Assembly (NCBI GenBank): GCA_002633005.1
Contig: NMRA01000057.1
Span: 1,148,595 to 1,212,594, forward strand
DNA: 64,000 nucleotides
DNA from: Phoronis australis
Taxonomy: Eukaryota; Animalia; Phoronida
Direction: 5' to 3'
Part shown: piece by piece, positions 11,150 through 24,091 of the stretch
How positions within the stretch are numbered: the first letter of the stretch is position 1
Layout of the letters: every line of letters begins with the position of its first letter
The notes under the pieces: model-generated
Told to the model about the DNA's origin: nothing
The model's database searches: none
The model's input: the letters and a program-made list of their open reading frames with translations, nothing else
Translations under genes and position numbers: made by a program

Positions 11150-14100
11150 TGATTATTTTTATTATTTATTATTTTAAGGGTGCCAGTGAATACAATCTCA
11201 AAGACAGAATATTCACCACACACCCCAGCCTCAATGAGCTTACTCAGTCACCTAATAACAATTAAACCATGACGTAACATATTGCACAAGCTCAAATATG
11301 ACCACTTCAGACTAGTTTATAAACAAATAATTACTTCTAACCTTCAAAGCGTCTTGGATGAATTTCTCCAGACCTTTCAAGTTATTTTGGAATAATTGAG
11401 GTAGGGCAGAATCCCGTACAAACATCGTGGAATATAAACATATTTTCACAATCAAAGAAGAAATGAACTTCATCTTCAATTCCGTTTTTAAAAACACAAA
11501 ACACCCGTCCATTCACAGGCATTCCGAAGTACCGCCCCACCTCAACCTCTAATGGTAGAATTCCTGCTCTCAATCGAGCTATGACGGGCCTCTGAGACAC
11601 CGGCAGACGTAAATACTCTTCTACACAATAGTCATTCTTAACCGATCTACCTGTATATACATGTACATGTAAGCACAGTTTTAGATTCACAGTAATTATT
11701 TTTAGCCAATTTAACTCTTTTAACAGGAAACTGAATGATTTGAATCTTTCGAGAGAAACAATTTGATTGTTCCTGAAATTTTCTAAAATATCGCATTCTC
11801 CATAATTTCAAATAATGAACTTGACCAATTGCAGGAGTTCTGATGTTGAAGGTCCCATAAAAACTTTTTTTGCAATTCTGCTTTCATCCATTAGACCTAA
11901 ACGATTGCAGAACCTTAGCATATTTTCATGTTGTTTGTAGTGTGAATTTGGCCATCCCGAGTCGCCGTAAAGTTCTGCATTGGCAGATACTTGTGGACCC
12001 CTACGTAGTGCTCTCATTCAATTGTCGCATTTGGAGTATTGGGGGTATCCCCAAATTCCAGTTCCATATTCTAGAATTGAAGCTAGTGACATTTCAAAAC
12101 ATTTATTGTAACTGTTGAAACCCATGTTACCAATATGTTTGCATNNNNNNNNNNNNNNNNNNNNNNNNNNNNNNNNNNNNNNNNNNNNNNNNNNNNNNNN
12201 NNNNNNNNNNNNNNNNNNNNNNNNNNNNNNNNNNNNNNNNNNNNNNNNNNNNNNNNNNNNNNNNNNNNNNNNNNNNNNNNNNNNNNNNNNNNNNNNNNNN
12301 NNNNNNNNNNNNNNNNNNNNNNNNNNNNNNNNNNNNNNNNNNNNNNNNNNNNNNNNNNNNNNNNNNNNNNNNNNNNNNNNNNNNNNNNNNNNNNNNNNNN
12401 NNNNNNNNNNNNNNNNNNNNNNNNNNNNNNNNNNNNNNNNNNNNNNNNGTTTTTAAAAACACAAAACACCCGTCCATTCACAGGCATTCCGAAGTACCGC
12501 CCCACCTCAACCTCTAATGGTAGAATTCCTGCTCTCAATCGAGCTATGACGGGCCTCTGAGACACCGGCAGACGTAAATACTCTTCTACACAATAGTCAT
12601 TCTTAACCGATCTACCTGTATATACATGTACATGTAAGCACAGTTTTGGATTCACAGTAATTATTTTTAGCCAATTTAACTCTTTTAACTGGAAACTGAA
12701 TGATTTGAAGCTTTCGAGAGAAACAATTTGATTGTTCCTGAAATTTTCTAAAATATCGCATTCTCCATAATTTCAAATAATGAACTTGACCAATTGCAGG
12801 AGTTCTGATGTTGAAGGTCCCATAAAAACTTTTTTGCAATTCTGCTTTCATCCATTAGACCTAAACGATTCCAGAACCTTAGCATATTTTCATGTTGTTT
12901 GTAGTGTGAATTTGGCCATCCCGAGTCTCCGTAAAGTTCTGCATTGGCAGCATACTTGTGGACCCCTACGTAGTGCTCTCATTCTAATTGTCGCATTTGG
13001 AGTATTGGGGGTATCCCCAAATTCCAGTTCCATATTCTAGAATTGAAGCTACTGACATTTCAAAACATTTACTGTAACTGTTGAAACCCATGTTACCAAT
13101 ATGTTTGCACTTGCTCACCAGAGCTCCCAACGCTCTGGAGGCGGAGTCTGCCAGTACCTCAGTTGTCAAACTGAAATCCATAAACTCATTCAGACTTACA
13201 CCCAGATACTTGTAACATCCTCTTAAATTCACAATGCGATCGCACAAAATGAATTCAAAACTCGTTCTTACATGCCCCCTCTAGCGAAAATGAACCCCAT
13301 CAGTTTTGGAAAAATTTAGACATTTGCAACTTAGCACACCAATTGCTCAATATGTTCACATAAATAGGTCTCATTACCAGAAAAAACACAATTTCATCTG
13401 CATACAAGAGATATGATAAATTACATCCATCAACATTTATACCTTTGCTACAACTGTTCAAATCAATAATCAAATCATTTAGGAAAATTGAAAACAATTT
13501 AGGCGACAATGGTCTCCCCGCCTGACCCCTCTTTGTACTGGGAATCAGTTGGTACATCTGTATAATTTGACTGACCTAATACTGTAAACAAGCTTCGGTC
13601 TACACATACAACGATTTTACTGGGTGATAGAATTTTCCAACCACTCCTAAATTAATTAATTTTTCCAATAAAAAATTTCTATCTAAATTATCAAAAGCCC
13701 GTTCCATATCGACGAATATTGCAAACGATGATGTATTACAAGCTCTATTTCTAACAATAGATGTGAGTGTTAACACGTGGTCAAGACAAGACCGCCCTTG
13801 TCGAAAACCATTTTGTTCTTCATTCACTCTGTGTTCGACATTCAGAAACTTAGTTAATCTCCTGTTTAGTATATTACAATACACTGCTCACGGTGGAGAG
13901 CAGACTTATGCCTCTATAGTTGGACGGTAAATTCAAATCCCTATCTGATCCTTTTGGTATAGGGGTGATAATATCTTTATACCATAATGATAGAATAAAT
14001 CCAGTGTCAAATACCTTCTGGAAGAGCGAGACCAAAATATTATTTACCATATCTGAAGATCTCATCGCTTTGTATGGGATCCCGTCTATGGCCTTACCCG

Positions 14101-15655
14101 ATTTTAATTTGCGAATAACAGAATAGCCTTCAAAAAAGCGAAAAACTTTTTCCAGTACTTCTTTTACATGACCCAAAGTTCAGAATATTGCAGTGTTTTC
14201 TCTAAATCCTCTACGTTTTGATTTTCACTGAGCCATTGGATTTTTCGCACACAAATGTCTAAAATTGGCCTCCCATTTTTCTGAGGGAATAGTATTTTCA
14301 TGTCTCTTCTGGAGTTGAGGCCCTAAGGTCTCGAGTTCCTTCCAAAAACTTTGGGGTCATTTTCACATGGTTCTTCAATCAGTGTTAATTCTGTTTTCAA
14401 ATACTGCCATTTTAAAAACCTGAATCTTTTGTCAAAGTAATATCTAGAGTTCTTGTATTCATACAGTCGTTCCCTTCGTCGTTTAGTATTTTTTTCTTTG
14501 AGAAATACTTTTTCTTTTTTGGCCACCTTTTTCTAAAGTTGCGTTAATTCATCATTCAAAAAAACTTTTTTCTCAGATTTTATTACAACTTTGATTGCAC
14601 CTTAAATGCAATTCCATTTCTGTTTTTATAATTTCGCACAGAGAGTTATAAATCTCATCGACTTCATGTTGTCTTCGAAACACATTTTCTAATATTAAAA
14701 GCAACTCTCCAATCGCCCTTTTAAAAATGTCATTATCCATGAATTCACTAGATAGCCTTTAATTTAAACCGCTTTCTAAATTGCATATCAAAGGAGTAAT
14801 CCGTACCGCGACCCTCCATATTTTCGTCACTAATATTCATTGAAAAGTGTAGCATAATTTCTAATAACAATACACTGTGATCAGGCAGTTCTGACTTTTC
14901 CGACAACAAACCCTGTAAATGATGTTTGTCAACTACCTCTGTACAAGCATGGACCTCCAATGTAAGATAAGACTGAAGCGACCATGGGGGAAATAAACTA
15001 GTCTACAACAGCTCTTCCTCTATGGCATATAGAGCAGAAGTTACTTATCTCTTTCCCACCATTCACTATACAAGTATTAGAGGCGAACAAAAAGTCAATC
15101 AAACTTCTACCATGACTGTTTTCAGCTTTATCAATTACGACTCGTTTATTTACTTGACAATCAACATCTGGAATGTAATTATTCAAGTTACCCACTCTCG
15201 AGCTAAAATCTCAAAATATATGAAAACGTCATCTGCTATATCTGCATGAAAAAATAACTGGCATAATACATGTAGATGGCTATAGAAGCTATACGCATCA
15301 CAACCCCTCGAAGAACTCACAGGTGGTAAATAGCAACAAAATACAATTATACAATAGTCTGAGTGTACATGTATATGCGATACTCTTAAACCTAATATAC
15401 CATCACATGACTTGTCAACAATATATCAATTTTAAATGTTTCAAACATATCATTTTTAACAAATATTCCCACTCCACCCGAACCTCCTGGGGCCCGCTTG
15501 CTCATAAGCTGCCTATTGTGTCCGTACCAACAATAGCCTGGCAAAGTAATAGATTTATTTGCGTGTAAATGAGTTTCTACCACCATTATAATGTGGGCGT
15601 TGAATGAAGACAGCAACTGTTCACGGAGCAATAAATTGTTGATTGTTCAACCTAA
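11150..15655 (-). mobile_element. Degenerate 5'-truncated LINE (CR1/L2-group; APE endonuclease plus reverse transcriptase)
   Basis: Frameshifted ORF2 pieces. APE: IIMVVETHL, GGSGGVGIFV, NSHGRSLIDF, PDHS. RT: PSNYRGISLLS, EEQNGFRQGRSCLDH, FVDMERAFD, PLSPKLF, LLYADE, YKYLG. C-terminus: RLRAGILPLEVEVGRY, IEDEVHF. A/TAA-rich tail near 11150-11175. Confidence 0.95.
12145..12448. other. Assembly gap flanked by near-identical sequence (11486-12144 vs 12449-13108)
   Basis: N-run with about 660 bp repeated on either side. Confidence 0.9.
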
Positions 15656-16854
15656 CTGAGTCCTACCGTGGCATTGGCGTCTACTCCGACTCTACCGTAT
15701 CTGACTCAGTCGCAAAATGACACTCATCCAAGCGGCTTTACCGCAAACAGGTAGCGCTCTGCACCACTGACGTGGTGTGTCGCTTTATCGCTAAGAGGTG
15801 TCAGTGCTGTACGTGAACTTGAAATCTTGTTTAATCTCAAAATTGCGTACGTGTGAACTTGGAATTGAATATTCATCCGGGCAATCAGCCTCAGGTGATT
15901 TTTTTGTTCAGTGTAAAGAATTTTGTAATTATTGGTCCCACAATCACCCTTTTTGACCTTTTCCTTAACTTGTGTCAAAGAATCGGAGGAATATGTGCAT
16001 GGTTAATTCAATTGTTGTTTGGTAAATAAGATCGCCAATAACTGAAAACAGCAGATTGGTTAAAATTTATGTCATTTAATTATGCGATTCGATACAATAC
16101 AGTGGACATTTTTATCAACGTAAACGTGATTACTTGAGTGAAAATGACTGTTAGGTTGAGTCAAATCATACACAAAATTCACAAAAATCGGAACAAGGTC
16201 AATCAACGGAGAAGGCTGTCTTCCGTTTGATTAGCTATTAACCCGCAATATAAACAAGTCACATGACTGCTTAAACAAAGCAGCGTTACCTGTTGGGGAA
16301 GCGGGGTATTACACACAACGCCACCTGGTTGCAGTAAAGCCTTGGATGAGTGGGTACCTTTTGCCTCGCTGTCTACGTCCGCAGACGTGAAGGACGTAGA
16401 TTCGGAATCCGAACAAGCAATACAGAATCTTCGGCAGTACGTCATTAGAAAGAATTTGCACTATAATCCACTTGCAAAGTATGAGTGTTTTTTTAAAACG
16501 TGTTCGGTTCGCCTATATCCGAAGCACTATAATCAAGGCAATTTTTACTCGAATGTCCCGCATATAGGCACATGCCCTAAGTCCCGCAGTTAGGTGCGGT
16601 CTTACACATGTGCCTAATTGTGTGGTTATACACTAATTAGTCTGTGCATTTTGCATTCATTATACTAACAAAACTACCATCAATTGGAAGTTTTGATATG
16701 TAGGAAATGTTGTTAGCGAAGATCGTTATGTAAAGGACAGACAAGTAAAATGAATTTCATTCTCAATAATATTTAGGCCACCACGAAAACACACACTTTG
16801 TTAACTTCAGTGTCCGTTCTTCCAAATTAAACTGAAGTAGAACTGAATTTTGTT

Positions 16855-18782
16855 CAGTGGCGGATCTACGGGGGGTTCACGTGGTTTAAACCCCCCTTCC
16901 TTGGGTCAGGACCCAAACATGAAAAAGAAACGTCTCCAACAAAACAAAAGCGGCACCGCCAGCGTGTGTACAGCCTAAGTAAACCAACTTGTAAAAAACT
17001 GAGGGAAGGGCGGGGTGCACTCATGAAATATATTTTTTGCATTGTGAATTGCTGTTATGAAAATCAACGCACTTTGAGTCTTCGTGGCTCATATGCAAAA
17101 CACGCGGAGATCAATTGTGCGCGTGCTTGCGTCGATACTTCTGAAGTAGCCAAGCATTTTAGATGGATCCACCGCTGAAAGAGCAGCTCTATAGCTGATT
17201 TTTTTAGGTAACTAGCTTCTTCACTCTAAGATATGTTTTGATTTCATTAGGGAAATGCGGTGGTGCTGCAACCCGGATATTCTGGCAATTTGACGTGCAA
17301 CGTTTTTATTTCATCTGTCATGCCGTTTCATGCTATTACCTGCACACGTTTATAACTCGAATTTGATTGGTGTATAGTAAAGCTGTCTTGCGAAATATCA
17401 TACAGTCTTCATGTACATGCAATATTTTTGAAAAAAACAACTCCTTTTTCGAATAATTGCTATTGTGGCGGGCGCCGTGGTCTGGTCGCGAGTCCGTTTG
17501 AAGATGCACTCTAACAAGTTATGTCTGTACAAGGAATGACCAAGGGGGCACTCACATTGACACAGTTACCGCATTCGCGAACAGTGTACAGTACCAGAAA
17601 TTGCGGGGAGGCTGTACTTTCACAACAAAATCTTGAGGAACTCGTGCGATGTTCAATAGGCCTCCTAAGGACCCCTAGTTCCGACCTCAACACCTACCGT
17701 CTTTCCACCTGCAATAAGCACCACTACCGTATTCTATACTGGGAATTTCCGCAGAAACGTCCATGCCCATGGGCATTTATTTGATGTTAGAACTTCGGGT
17801 TTCAAACGTTCAGACATTGGGGCAATTATTACGAAAATTGCAAGAGATTCAAATAGGTCCTGGAATACATCGTTAAGGTTTGAAGTAGTCCATGATGAAC
17901 GAATCAAATTTAGTTGCGCATGTAAGTCTTTTGAATGGACTTGGCAACCTCAGGGGGCTTTAGTGCCAACTGAGCTGCGGAACGAGATGCTGATTTTGTG
18001 GAGGCTTACAAGCTCATTGACACAGGAGTTGACGAAGTGCAAGCGTTGGTAACAAACATCGAAGATATCTGGGTAGAATGGCTCCAAGACGAGCAAACCA
18101 TTGGATCTGATAATATACAGACTCCTCGGCAGTCTAGACAACAGAAGGATAGAACTAACGTTCCAGATAATAAGTTCACAGTTTGTATATAATGTCGGTT
18201 TTTATGCTTGTGTACAATGAAAACGAAATAGAAATTAGTTTTGGACATGCGAAATTTACCAAGTACAGCAGAGGGTCTACGAGTACGGGTCTTCGTTCTT
18301 AAACATCTTGAGGCTGCTGTTACGCGATCATTTGATATTCAACTTAGTTTTATGCCCCGTCGGTGCTCCTTATGCTCTTGAATATTTGGTAGTTGTCTAA
18401 ACCCCTGTATACACGCCCCACCTTTTCGTATACGACTTTTCGTATGGTAAAATACAACTGTACGTGTGTGTAAGCAGATGTTCCAACAAAAATTTTTGCT
18501 GGTGGCGTGACTCTTACCTACTGTAGATATGCACAAATATGACGAAATCAAGAAGGGTTTATATTATGTTAAGAAAAACTCCAGAGACTTGTTAAGTGCC
18601 AGAAACTTACCAGGGTGCATGGAAATTTTACTATTTGGCTACAAAACAAAAAATTGTCTTACACGGTAGGGGGAACCCCCCCCCCCTCCCGACCTCCCCC
18701 CCCGCTCGGCGCCACGCGCCTCGGATTCGACCTTCGCGGGAATCTTAAAACCCACCTTACTGAAAACGTAGATCCGCCACTG
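16855..18782. mobile_element. Non-autonomous or composite DNA transposon with perfect 16-bp TIRs
   Basis: cagtggcggatctacg ... cgtagatccgccactg, with flanks ttgtt/ttgtc (5-bp TSD, one mismatch). The left 300 bp recur at 51046-51307. Confidence 0.8.
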
Positions 18783-19291
18783 TTGTCAAGCTAGATATCA
18801 GAGCACAGTGTTTAGCATGTGGTACATACAATGTATTATTCAAATATAAAATCGATTTTTGTACAATCTGCCCATAATTACTGTGAGATGATAGTTCTCC
18901 ATTACAGTGTTAGTATTCCGTATTTTTCATTCACTTACAAAAAATACCTTCGTCAGCCACTCCGCGTATTATTCATCCAATCCCTAAAAACTGAATGAGC
19001 GCAACGAGTATTCCATCTCTTTAAAGATTTCAGCATTCTCAGTGAATTCATACTTCAAAGCGTAAAACGTTTTGTCGTACCTATTGTGTGAAAACTTTGC
19101 AGTCTTGTCCTGTCTTTCTTTGTTCAGATTATTCTACAAACCCAAATTACCCAAAGCTCTACTTGGGACAGTATTAGATGATAAAACAAATTTTTGTTAT
19201 GAACCAATTCAATGTAATTGTCTACGTGGAATTCACAACTTTCGCAGAGAGGTGCTTATGGTTTCGCGTCGAATAACTTCAACCTAACAGA

Positions 19292-19400
19292 GGAGGCACT
19301 GTAGGCTAGTATGATAGGTGCCCGCCTTCTTTACTCAGGGTCGTGGATTCGAGACTCACTGGGCCACACTGCTAGACCCTTGAGTCAGGTTTCTAGCTTC
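19292..19400 (+). mobile_element. Possible degenerate tRNA-derived SINE head
   Basis: A-box-like taggctagtatg, B-box-like ggattcgagact, followed by cccttgagtcagg, which resembles a SINE central core. Confidence 0.4.
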
Positions 19401-22249
19401 TCAGCTCGGTTTTAATTACAGTACATATTACTAAAGCAAAAGAATAGTTCCAGGTGATCCGTGCAATGAGGCCACATACGCAGCCTGAGCAAGTCTGGTA
19501 CAACGTGTACCCGACCGCCTGCAATTTTTAAAAAAGAAAACTTCAACATAGCAGTACCGGCCACAAAAGAAAAGCTTATCATGTGTCTTTTTAGCACAAC
19601 TTGCGCTTTGCAAACGTTTACATTTGACTGTAAATTGTATGCCTCATTAGCTGTGAATCGATTTTATCTCTACTTTTGTTACCATTTATGAGCAGTGTTA
19701 GTCACAGATAGACACCATTAGTAAAAAATATTGTTTTCGTATCATTCACATTCACTGCCAACTGACAAATTTGTCTTTTCATTGAGATGGCAACAGCTGG
19801 CCAGGTTTACAAATGTTTTTTAATAAATCTGTTCATGTACGCACCTGATGCCATTGTGTTGTCGTGATGCGTGAATGTACTTTTTGTTCGCCAAATTTAG
19901 TTAAAATGTCAAGAGACACGGTCACGTGATCAGTCTTGGTGAATTGTTGTATTATCGGCAATAAATTAGTGTTTATTTTCAGAAAATATTGTACATTTAC
20001 TGAGTTTTCGATAGTTTTGTAGATGTTAGCTTAAATCGGACATGTCAAAAGGGTTACTCGAAATGTTAATCCAACTTTTTGCTTAGACATAGTTGGGTAT
20101 TGAACGATCTGTTCATTTTATGGGCCGACAAAAGTGTGGTTGCACGTAATCAGCATGTCGTCCGTTCTTCGGTCCGCTCTTCTGACCGGCGTCCGTCTGC
20201 AGTTACCTTGGCATGTATTGATTCTGTGTAAGACCGCTTGATACATACACTGTAGAATATCATACAAAGTTATTGCGAAAACGTGCCGGCACCAGTCAAT
20301 TTTCGGAAAGGCCGGCGACAGTGCAATCTGTGTTGGACGTTTTGGGTTTCAATCGTAACTCCAAAGGGATTTTCAAGTCTCAAAAGTTGTAGGCGTCGTT
20401 TACCTCCTGATGCACTGTAACTTTGATTCATAGCACGTTATAACACGGGCATCGCGCTGTATTCGACAACATTCTCCATTTTGAGATTCGCAGACCTTGC
20501 TGGTTTGGCTGAAATTCAAATATAGACAGGAATAAACCACACCCAACATTTAATTTGAAACAAAAAAATAACCAAGGTGTAACGGATGACCAAATGCCTC
20601 TGTGTGGCGTCAAAAATGACGAACAATGAAGTTCTTATTGAAAACTGAAACTGCTGTCAAATTCGTCCAAAATCGACCAGTGTCGGTGTATTCCCAATAA
20701 CATTCTTTTGTGTCAGGTTTCGGTAAAATTGAACTGTTATTTCGCCAACGGACAAAGAATTTGTGGTTGAAAACTAGAACTGCCAACACCGGTTGCTACG
20801 GTAGTCGAAGCCATCGTAAAATTGACAAGTGACTGCGCAGCCCCACCAGTGACCTCTTCGTCACGTGGTACTTCAAATGGTACGCAGTGGAAATGTTCTA
20901 GTACCAGTCGCTTTTTGGACAGAGTTGACTACCCCAGTGCCTCCTATTTGCGATTTTAATTTTCGACATTTTTTTTTGTCTGTCGATTATTGTCATTTAT
21001 ATCGAAATGACAGACTTTGACGCAACTTTTTAGCTGTTCCTAGGCCAGTTGGTTATCAGACGGATTTGAATACTTCAGCGTCTTGGTAATCGTTTTAATT
21101 TTCAACAAGATACTTGTCCGTCAACAACTTGATAGATTTTGCCGAATCCCATTACCATCAGTCAATTCTCAGACGGATTCCAGCACAGTGGTCCTCCTTT
21201 GGATCGTTTTAGTTTGCCGCAGTATATTACATGTATTTGTCCACCCATTGGTGTCGAAACGATGTACATTAGGTTTTCACGAAACGTTACGTCGATATGC
21301 ATGATGTTGCGACAGCACCTGTCGATTTTTGCCCAGAGTTTACTGCAGTAGCACACCTGACCCCTTTGGTAATTTCAGTTTATGGCAAAATAATATTTTT
21401 CCCGATTGAACTGTTTTGGTTTAAACTTGACACAATAGATGCACCACTGCAAGTTGATTTTCAGCTTCGGTACAGTGCTCAAATAACTTTCATTATATTA
21501 CAGGATGTGTTTATCTCCCCTGCACTTGCACGAAATCTTAGGCGATTTTGAGTCACTGTTGTTGTACGTATGAGCTTTGAAATTTTCTGCGAACACTCTG
21601 TCCAAGAAAGAATTGTTCTCTAAACAGGCCATTGTCACTGGTCGGCATTCTTTTGTTCCAGACGCGATGCGCATTGTGACTGTTGTGTCGGTGTTGTTGA
21701 TGGCGAGTCTGCTCATGGTGCGGAGTGAAGAACACAAGTAAGTGATGTTTATGTGCTTCATGAAAACATACACATAGAGTATATACCCAGTTAACATGCA
21801 GGTATTGGGCCAATACTGTCATGTTTACTGGGAACCCATTATTATTACTGTTGTTCAAAATCTACGTCGCACCCCATAGGCGGATTTAGGGGGCCCAGGG
21901 GGCCTGGGCGCAGTAATCCCCCTTTGAGGTTGCAATTATACTCAATTCCCGTAACCTATTCTTGTTTTGTTATTATTTTGATTTACTATACAAATAAAAT
22001 AAATAGAAAAAGTGTAGTAAAAATTGTTGAGTCTTTGTTGTTTTTTTCTAAATCAATTCTTGATATTGCACTTCATCTTGTGGAGTCCGTGAGCCCTTTT
22101 CATGGCTACCCGAGTTTATTGTCGTGTTTTGTGAGCTCAGACACGTTTTTCAATTTTTGAGTAAGTGAACTGAGTTTTCAGGTCCATGAGGCGTAGATGT
22201 GGGTGTAAACAGGTTTTGCTTCTTTGCTTGCAGCAGGAACTAATTTTAG

Positions 22250-23280
22250 CTGTGACATACTGGTTTTTCATTTATCAAAACATATGCTTCGTAATGTTGC
22301 GCGGCTAAACTCTCAATGCAAGCTCGGGTTATATTGTAAACAGGGCGGGAATTAAATGACAATGTCAAGATGCTGGACAAGGCAGAAATACTAGTTTCGA
22401 ATAAGTATTTAGGAGGTTCTGCACAATAAATCACTAGATCTCTCACTGAACAAACAACATGGATCTCGCTTCAAAAGTGCCGTCTGCTTGGGATAAGAGT
22501 AGTCGTGAGGTTGGTAACCAGACGATATCTCAAGTGAATGCAAGAGACGACGGTACCCACCAGTCTACAGTACATGCACCAGCTTCCCAATTGAAGGAGG
22601 CGTGATGCCTTCGAGGTTCTAGGAGTTTAATTTTGTGAGCACCGAACAACAGGCCAGATTCAATTCGGTTTATAACGAGCGTTCTTGGATTGATCAACAA
22701 CTACATTTTTATTAGCACGCAAAGTGTTGTCATGGTAGATATGCCAAACAGTGGGCTTCGAGATCGAGCTGTATAGCCTGCTTGAGTTAACCTGGATTGC
22801 TGCTGTACATGTACTCAGACAGCGACACGACTGGCACGCGCACGGTTGTACAGTGGTACTGGCCGATTGGAAGAGGTCTCATGCAAGTCTGAGGAAGAGG
22901 CTAGCTACAACAAATGATAAAATTACTCTTTTCTGTGCAGGAAATTGATTGTTTTGAATGTAAACTGTAAAAGCAGTATATTGGATATTGAAAAGTACAC
23001 GCAGTTGGAGAAGAACAAGGGAAATCTTGGACAGAAAAAGTTTCCCTTTAAAGACATCGGTGGTGCATTGCAATTCTTTCCGACATGTCCTTCAAGTTCA
23101 TTTTCAGCAGATCGGGAATATGCCAACTTTAAAATCAAGCACCATCGTAGCTCACAAACATTTGTTGCTAAAGAAACTCTTTGAAGTTGATACGCGAACT
23201 GTGCATATCAACGGTGAATGAAGAACGAACAAATAGAACGATTGCATCTGGGAGATCGCACCATTACTTGGGAATATAGG
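22250..23280 (+). pseudogene. Decayed multi-Ig-domain relic (V-set followed by C2-set-like pieces)
   Basis: GNQTISQVNARDDGTHQSTV is three single-base changes from GNLTISQVNARDDGTYQCTV. It is preceded by HGSRFK and followed by FEVL in shifted frames. Later SDSDTTGTRTVV and EVSCK resemble the intact Ig exon. Many stops and frameshifts. Confidence 0.5.
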
Positions 23281-23955
23281 ACAGTATCTCTGAATAAACA
23301 AGCAGAGCTTCAATAAGTTCTGAGTCACCTCTCATACATTTCACAGCTCCTTTCTTTTCCTTACCGGTATCTGATGTTAATTACTTACATGTATTCGCGG
23401 GCTAACATGTGTGAGTGACAACACGTGTGACTTACGTAAACGTTCATGCAACTCGCCAAGACGCATGCGCACCCCGATACACGTGTACTCTTACTGCCAT
23501 GTAGCAGACCATCGGTTGCCAGCAACAAACATTCCCGCTATTCAATCGCATGAAGGCAGTCAGTGTACATGTATCTTGAGTTATTGACCCTTTTAAAATA
23601 ACATATTTGTGGGGCATCTGCAATGGATTGTGGGACACCGGTCAGTCAAGCCAGCTAATGAAATTAAACCATACATTCTATACAACAACAACATTTATAG
23701 CCAACGGATGACTAAAACATGTTTACCTCACAGTTCTTTTTTGGTGTAAATGGGATAGTAATCTATGGATGAATTCAAAGACTTGAAATTGCGTTACGCA
23801 CCCGCGCTGTGGAATGAGTAACCGGGCGGCCTGATCGGCCTGAAGGGTTACATCCCACTCATTGTTTGCTTTCATCTGATAAGCTCACGTAATGCACCGA
23901 GTTTCGATTGCGGCCATCGCAAATATCATGATCTAAAAATCACTGGCTCTTTCAG

Positions 23956-24091
23956 GCACGAAAACGAGCTACATGTAGACGTGGTTAGAGCTGGTGTCAA
24001 GGTCATACCGCCAAAGACACAAGATGGTTTTAAGGATCATGAAGACGAGGAGAGCGACAATGATGGAAATCCTGGACATCACGACCATTGA
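23956..24091 (+). CDS. Candidate terminal coding exon with acidic/His tail, gene unknown
   Basis: Acceptor ctctttcag and phase-2 open frame HENELHVDVVRAGVKVIPPKTQDGFKDHEDEESDNDGNPGHHDH*. AATAAA at about 24238 and 24334. Confidence 0.4.

Noticed and set aside
11486-13108. Apparent tandem duplication of the LINE 3' part
   Set aside because: Near-identical copies flank an N-gap, so this is most likely an unmerged haplotype overlap.
20100-21800. Coding-like composition with faint Ig-like fragments (RDARVITC, EAENQL)
   Set aside because: Stops occur in all frames and the motifs are too weak to distinguish from chance.
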